A stretch of DNA of 64,000 bases from an uncultured bacterium (GTDB lineage: Bacteria; Zixibacteria; MSB-5A5; UBA10806). The DNA is taken from assembly GCA_965541585.1 (NCBI GenBank), contig CBEUCH010000001.1, forward strand, positions 128,001-192,000, in the 5' to 3' direction. The notes under the pieces are model-generated. The model was not told where the DNA came from and did not search any database. It saw only the letters and a list, made by a program, of their open reading frames with translations. Positions 58,969 through 64,000 of the stretch are shown piece after piece (position 1 is the stretch's first letter; every line of letters starts with the position of its first letter). The position numbers and the translations under genes are program-made.

Positions 58969-59823
58969 CTAATTGTCCTTCCTGGCAATAACTATGGCGC
59001 CCAGAAGTGCTGCCAGCAAGAGAACCGAAACCACCTCGAACGGCAATACGAATCTCGACATCAGGAGCCGCCCGATAGTCTCGGTGTTACTGTTGGAGAG
59101 CTTTATTGTGATTTTCTGCTCATCATTATTATGGTTTAATAGAATCCAGACGGCATTGGATATGGCATCATAGTTGACCTTCTCGCTCCAGATTTTCAGA
59201 TAGATGATCTGCTTATCTGAAAATACGGTTTGCTCGGTGGAGAAGCCCGGGCTGGCGGAGAGTATGTATCCATTGTCCTCAGCCGGTTCCGTCGCCGGTT
59301 TTGCGAAGTGGGCTTGCCATAACTCATCATTTATAATGTTAATGCCTCCCACGGCGCCGAAACTTTCTCCCAGCGTATCCCGGATATTGGCGGTCCAATG
59401 CCAACTCTTTCCTTCTGTCAATAATTCTGATGTCTCGACGGATGCCGTCCAAGATCCTGTATTTCTGGGGGCGGGAGCGGCACCGCCGAAAGTTCTGACC
59501 ATGGCCAATGCCGCCAGGACAAAGAAAAAACCGCCTATTATGGCTGCCGGAATCGCCTGTTCGTTTACCTGCCGGATCGACTTTGATTGTATCTGGTAAG
59601 TCAGCATGATAGCGAACAGGATAAGTATTGTAACCGCGCCGACATAGATGAGTACCTGGACTGCAGCCAGAAACTCCGCATTCAGCATCAGATATATTCC
59701 TGCAACGAAGAAGAAAGTCAGAACTAAAAGCAGCGCTGAATGGAAAATATTACGAAGAGTAACCACCATGATGGCGCAAACGAGGATAACGCCGGCCAGA
59801 AGATAGAATAACAACAGGCTCAA
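58969..59823 (-). CDS. nuoJ: NADH-quinone oxidoreductase subunit J with ~125-aa inserted domain
   Basis: AEFLAAVQVLIYVGAV.ILILFAIML and PFEVVSVLLLAALLGAI; 284 aa. Confidence 0.9.
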   Translation of the reverse strand: MSLLLFYLLAGVILVCAIMVVTLRNIFHSALLLVLTFFFVAGIYLMLNAEFLAAVQVLIYVGAVTILILFAIMLTYQIQSKSIRQVNEQAIPAAIIGGFFFVLAALAMVRTFGGAAPAPRNTGSWTASVETSELLTEGKSWHWTANIRDTLGESFGAVGGINIINDELWQAHFAKPATEPAEDNGYILSASPGFSTEQTVFSDKQIIYLKIWSEKVNYDAISNAVWILLNHNNDEQKITIKLSNSNTETIGRLLMSRFVLPFEVVSVLLLAALLGAIVIARKDN

Positions 59824-60377
59824 GTGGTTCCCTCCTCATCGTCGTTCACCGGTTTTGTCTCCAGGTTTGATCTGGCGTCGTTTTTTGGTGATTCAGATGG
59901 CTTGCCCTCCCGTTTTTTCTTTTTCCTCGGTTCGTATTTGACATCGCGGCCGATTTCCTGAAGCCTGTCTTTATCGTAAATCAGTTCCTGCCTGTCGAAG
60001 ACGGAGAACTCATACTTGCCGGTGAGCTTGATAGCGTCGAAATTGCAGACCTCCTCGCAGATCCCGCAGAAGCAGCAGATGGTGTTGTCAATCTTGAATT
60101 CGTCCGGGAACCTCTTGCCGGCCTCGTCTTTTTCCTGGGTGATATACATGGCATTGACCGGGCATTGCTTCATACATATCAGGCAGGCGGTGCAGTTGAG
60201 TTTACCGGTTTCGGGATCGGATAGCAGAACGACCACGCCTCGCGAGCGCTCCGGCATTGGCCATCGCTCATCCGGGTATTGGAGAGTAACGGATTTCTTA
60301 GGAAGATACTTGCCGGTGGTTTTCAGGCCAATAAGCAAGTTCCAGAATCCTTTGACAATTTCTTTTATCACGCTCAT
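59820..60377 (-). CDS. nuoI: NADH-quinone oxidoreductase subunit I (2x[4Fe-4S])
   Basis: VTLQYP, CTACLICMKQCP, CCFCGICEEVC. Confidence 0.93.
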   Translation of the reverse strand: MSVIKEIVKGFWNLLIGLKTTGKYLPKKSVTLQYPDERWPMPERSRGVVVLLSDPETGKLNCTACLICMKQCPVNAMYITQEKDEAGKRFPDEFKIDNTICCFCGICEEVCNFDAIKLTGKYEFSVFDRQELIYDKDRLQEIGRDVKYEPRKKKKREGKPSESPKNDARSNLETKPVNDDEEGTT

Positions 60378-60379
60378 AA

Positions 60380-61438
60380 TTATTTGAAAAGGTAAACTCC
60401 CAGTCCGGTCAAAATAAGATTAGCAAACGCCAGGGGCAGCAGAAACTTCCAGGCGAAACTCATGAGCTGATCGACACGCAGCCGGGGATAAGTCCATCTG
60501 AACCACATCAGCACAAAAACCAAGAATAGAGTTTTGCCGAAAAACCAGATCCAACTCGGTATGAAAGATAATCCCGGCAGAGGCGGCTGCCATCCGCCTA
60601 AGAAAAGAGTGGTGGCGACAGCCGAAACCGTAAACATGTTCACAAATTCCGCCAGAAAAAACATGGCGAATTTCATTCCCGAGTATTCGACATTGAATCC
60701 CGCCACCAATTCCTGCTCGGCTTCCGGCAGGTCGAATGGAGTCCTGTTGGCTTCCGCTATGGAGGCCACGAAATAGATCCCGAATCCCAGGATCTGGGGC
60801 AGCCAGAACCATCGCCAGAAATACGGGCCCTGGGCCTCGACAATGTCCACCATGGACAAAGAGCCGGCGAGCATTATGGCTCCCATGACTGATATTGTAA
60901 GCGGTACCTCGTAGGAAACGATCTGGGCCGCCGATCTCATACCGCCCAGTAACGCATACTTGTTATTGGACGCCCATCCCGCCATCAGAAGCGAGATGAC
61001 TGTGAACGATGTTATGGCCAGCACATATAGGATGCCGATATTGAGATCGCGGGCAATCAATCCTTTGCCGAAGGGAATGACTATATAGGCCATAAAGGCG
61101 GTCGCGAATACCACCACGGGCGCCCAGAAGTAGACTTTTTTATCGGCCACGTCCGGGACTATATCTTCCTTTTGAAGAAGCTTGATGCCATCGGCCAGAG
61201 TCTGCAAGACTCCATGTGGGCCGGTGCGCATGGGGCCGAGCCGATCCTGAAAGTGAGCGGAGATTTTCCTTTCCCACCAGACCAGGAAAAGCGCCAGAAG
61301 CGAAAGGACTCCGATTATCACGAGCCCGGCGAAAACCATAACGAGAAGATCAAGCCAGATAACGGGGATACCCCGGCTTATAAACCAGGTGGCGAGTGAT
61401 TCATATATATTCAATAGAACGTTATCCAACTCCAGCAT
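60380..61438 (-). CDS. nuoH: NADH-quinone oxidoreductase subunit H
   Basis: ERKISA..QDRLGP, AQIVSYE, NRTPFDLPEAEQELVAG, PRLRVDQL. Confidence 0.96.
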   Translation of the reverse strand: MLELDNVLLNIYESLATWFISRGIPVIWLDLLVMVFAGLVIIGVLSLLALFLVWWERKISAHFQDRLGPMRTGPHGVLQTLADGIKLLQKEDIVPDVADKKVYFWAPVVVFATAFMAYIVIPFGKGLIARDLNIGILYVLAITSFTVISLLMAGWASNNKYALLGGMRSAAQIVSYEVPLTISVMGAIMLAGSLSMVDIVEAQGPYFWRWFWLPQILGFGIYFVASIAEANRTPFDLPEAEQELVAGFNVEYSGMKFAMFFLAEFVNMFTVSAVATTLFLGGWQPPLPGLSFIPSWIWFFGKTLFLVFVLMWFRWTYPRLRVDQLMSFAWKFLLPLAFANLILTGLGVYLFK

Positions 61439-62562
61439 CAGCGATCGACCTCCGGAAGAATGACATCGATCGAGCCGAATATGGCCACCAGGTCGGCAAT
61501 CTTAAGGCCGATTGATATCGGCCCCAGGACCTGCAGGTTGCCATAAGAGGCGGTCCTTATCTTGACGCGATACGGTTTCTTATCACCGGTGGAGACAACG
61601 TAATAACCCATCTCTCCTCTGGGGGCCTCGATACGGGAAAACACCTCTCCGGCCGGAGCTCTAAATACGGCGGGAAGCTTGGCACGAACAATATCGCCTT
61701 CGGGCAAACCGTCCAGGGCTTGTTCGACTATTCTGCACGACTGCCGGAATTCCTCGATCCGAACCATATATCTGTCCCAGACGTCGCCGTTCTTGCCGAC
61801 AGGGATATCAAAATCGAACCTGTCGTAGATGGAATATGGCTCGGCCTTTCTTATATCCCACTTGAAATTCGAGCCGCGGATAGTGGGGCCCGAGGCGCCG
61901 AGATCCTTCGCCAGATCCAGAGGCAGGATACCGATACCCTTGGTGCGGCTCAGAAAGATGGGGTTTTCAGTTAAGATTGCCTCGTAATCATCCACTTTCT
62001 TTCGGAAATCCTTTATAAATCCCCGACAGGATTTTTCAAATTCGGGCGGGATATCCCTTGAGACTCCACCTATCCTTATATAATGATAAGTTAATCTCTG
62101 ACCGCAGGTCATCTCGAAAAGATCCAGAATCCATTCCCGTTCGCGGAACGCGTAGAGGAAAGGAGTTATCGCTCCCAGGTCGAGAGACATAGTTGCCAGC
62201 CAGATCAAATGCGATGCGATTCTGTTTAGTTCTACCATGATAACGCGCAGGTACTCGGCGCGCTCCGGCACCTCGATTCCAGATAGTTTTTCTATAGCCA
62301 CTGCCCAGGCCAGATTTGAAGGCATGGAGGCACAGTAATCTATGCGGTCGGTGTAGGGCATGAACTGGTTATAGGTACGGTTTTCGGCGATCTTTTCAAT
62401 GGAGCGATGGAGGAATCCCACGTGAGGAGTTAATTCCCTGATGAATTCGCCCTCCATTTTGAGAACCAGGCGAAGCACCCCGTGGGTAGAGGGATGCTGG
62501 GGACCCATATTTATTAAAAATTCTTCTTCCCGGAGATTTTCTTGATTCACTGCAGATTCCAT
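61438..62562 (-). CDS. nuoD: NADH-quinone oxidoreductase subunit D
   Basis: NMGPQHPSTHGVLRL, DRIDY, EAPRGE, EVDR; lacks NiFe CxxC motifs. Confidence 0.95.
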   Translation of the reverse strand: MESAVNQENLREEEFLINMGPQHPSTHGVLRLVLKMEGEFIRELTPHVGFLHRSIEKIAENRTYNQFMPYTDRIDYCASMPSNLAWAVAIEKLSGIEVPERAEYLRVIMVELNRIASHLIWLATMSLDLGAITPFLYAFREREWILDLFEMTCGQRLTYHYIRIGGVSRDIPPEFEKSCRGFIKDFRKKVDDYEAILTENPIFLSRTKGIGILPLDLAKDLGASGPTIRGSNFKWDIRKAEPYSIYDRFDFDIPVGKNGDVWDRYMVRIEEFRQSCRIVEQALDGLPEGDIVRAKLPAVFRAPAGEVFSRIEAPRGEMGYYVVSTGDKKPYRVKIRTASYGNLQVLGPISIGLKIADLVAIFGSIDVILPEVDR

Positions 62563-62565
62563 GTC

Positions 62566-63039
62566 TTATCTTTCCGGCATGGGGATGAAATCCGGACCGG
62601 TCCAGCCTTTTCTCATAGGATAACCATAATCCCAATCCTCATACAACAATAGAGGACTAGGGTCGGGGTGGTTCGTAAATTTTATTCCAAATAGCTCCAG
62701 GGCCTCACGCTCGAACCAGTTTGCAGCCAGCCAGACATCGGAGGCCGTTTCAATCTCGGGATTGTCCTTATCGAGCTTTACCTTGACTACGGCTCTGTGA
62801 TTCTTCTCATGCGAGGCCAGGCACAATACAACCTCAAAACGATCATCGGGATAATGGACTCCGCCCAGTTGGAAGAGGAAATCGAAATCGAGTTCGGGGT
62901 CGCTCCTGGCGAATTCGCAGAGATCGTGATATTTATGTTTCGAGATATATAGATATGGCTCGGGCTGGTCGATTTCCGAGACCTCGATATCCGAACCGAA
63001 TTTATCTTTGAATTTGCCGGTTATTTCTTCTTTAGTCAT
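62566..63039 (-). CDS. nuoC: NADH-quinone oxidoreductase subunit C
   Basis: ANWFEREALELFGI.F..HPD, GYPMRK. Confidence 0.93.
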   Translation of the reverse strand: MTKEEITGKFKDKFGSDIEVSEIDQPEPYLYISKHKYHDLCEFARSDPELDFDFLFQLGGVHYPDDRFEVVLCLASHEKNHRAVVKVKLDKDNPEIETASDVWLAANWFEREALELFGIKFTNHPDPSPLLLYEDWDYGYPMRKGWTGPDFIPMPER

Positions 63040-63080
63040 TAGCCGTGAGAAGTATCCTTGTGAGTGGCAGGCTCTGAAAG

Positions 63081-63605
63081 TTAAGCCTTTTTCCTGTCAG
63101 ATGCCCAGTCTGAGAGCTTTTCCTTTTTGATTTTCTGTTGCAGCTTCAGACAACCCTCCATGAGCGATTCCGGCCTTGGAGGGCAACCGGGGATGTAAAC
63201 ATCGACCGGAATGATCTGATCTATTCCCTTTAGAACGGAGTAGCAGTCGTAGTAAAAAGGTCCACCACTGCAGGCGCAGCCTCCCATAGCGATCACGTAG
63301 CGAGGCTCGGCCATTTGTTCATGCAAGAGCTTGACCCGCCTGGCCATCTTGTGGGTTACTGTGCCGGCAACAAACATCAGGTCCGCCTGCCTGGGCGAGG
63401 CCCTGAAAATCATGCCGAAACGATCGAAATCATATCTGGAGGCGCCCGTGGCCATCATTTCTATGGCGCAGCATGCCAGGCCAAACAGCATATACCAGAG
63501 CGACGATGCCCGGGACTGATTGAGGACCCAGTCCATGCTGGTGGTCACGATGCCGCCCCCCGGCAGCCTCTCTATATAAGCCGGAGCTTTCTCTATCAGA
63601 CCCAC
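63081..63605 (-). CDS. nuoB: NADH-quinone oxidoreductase subunit B
   Basis: [34 protein letters not shown]. Confidence 0.96.
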   Translation of the reverse strand: MGLIEKAPAYIERLPGGGIVTTSMDWVLNQSRASSLWYMLFGLACCAIEMMATGASRYDFDRFGMIFRASPRQADLMFVAGTVTHKMARRVKLLHEQMAEPRYVIAMGGCACSGGPFYYDCYSVLKGIDQIIPVDVYIPGCPPRPESLMEGCLKLQQKIKKEKLSDWASDRKKA

Positions 63606-63952
63606 TTTAAAGCTCCCTTTCTCCAGGCATAAATCAAACCGAATATCAGGATCGCCAGGAATATGAACATCTCTATCAACGCGAATAAACCCAGCTTTTT
63701 GAAAGCTACCGCCCAGGGGAAAAGAAATACGACCTCAACATCGAAAATAACGAAGATCAGAGCGAATATGTAGTAACCCACATTATACTGTATCCACGAT
63801 GGCCCCATGGCCGCCTCGCCGCACTCGTAACTCTGGAGCTTTACTTTGCCCGGGCGGTGAGGACGTAGCAGCTTGGCTATAAGGAAGGTTACCAGGACAA
63901 AACCAACTCCAATCAGAAGGAATATCCCTATTATCGAGTAATCATCCAGCAT
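63596..63952 (-). CDS. nuoA: NADH-quinone oxidoreductase subunit A
   Basis: [30 protein letters not shown]. Confidence 0.96.
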   Translation of the reverse strand: MLDDYSIIGIFLLIGVGFVLVTFLIAKLLRPHRPGKVKLQSYECGEAAMGPSWIQYNVGYYIFALIFVIFDVEVVFLFPWAVAFKKLGLFALIEMFIFLAILIFGLIYAWRKGALKWV

Positions 63953-64000
63953 TTTCAGTATCGCGATTTGTGACTTATTTCACTATCATCGGTCAGGCCG

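Noticed and set aside
61438..63605. Group 4 [NiFe]-hydrogenase instead of complex I
   Set aside because: The large subunit lacks both CxxC Ni-binding motifs and the small subunit has the tandem CC of NuoB

Overview
Bacterial chromosomal window of about 50% GC with about 55 genes. It is probably from an FCB-related diderm lineage such as Zixibacteria; this is inferred from the T9SS-type C-terminal sorting domains, PorV and LptE, not proven. Contents: a GlmL/MutL-like protein; housekeeping and envelope genes (yajC-def-fmt-rng, rplU-bamA-skp-lpxD); a redox/stress block (trxA, OsmC, rhomboid, RomR-like pseudo-receiver, dsbD, ZAS anti-sigma); a Ser/Thr kinase; two tandem-duplicated ~970-aa secreted T9SS-cargo genes; HDAC, FAH, M1-peptidase and creatininase genes; an outer-membrane barrel/lipoprotein/FadL-like operon; hutU and hutI split by a RAYT transposase bounded by two related palindromes; lptE-porV; ion-homeostasis genes with an htpX pseudogene; and a complete 11-subunit complex I operon (nuoABCDHIJKLMN, no nuoEFG). 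Best leads: (1) an unannotated 53-aa ECF-sigma region-2 mini-ORF in front of a Cys-rich anti-sigma, carrying the same GGAAC-N18-GTT promoter motif found before trxA; (2) a headless complex I with an extra membrane gene and large inserts in NuoJ and NuoL; (3) the palindrome-bounded RAYT unit. No rRNA, tRNA or CRISPR array was recognised. All family calls come from motif recognition by eye, not from database searches.
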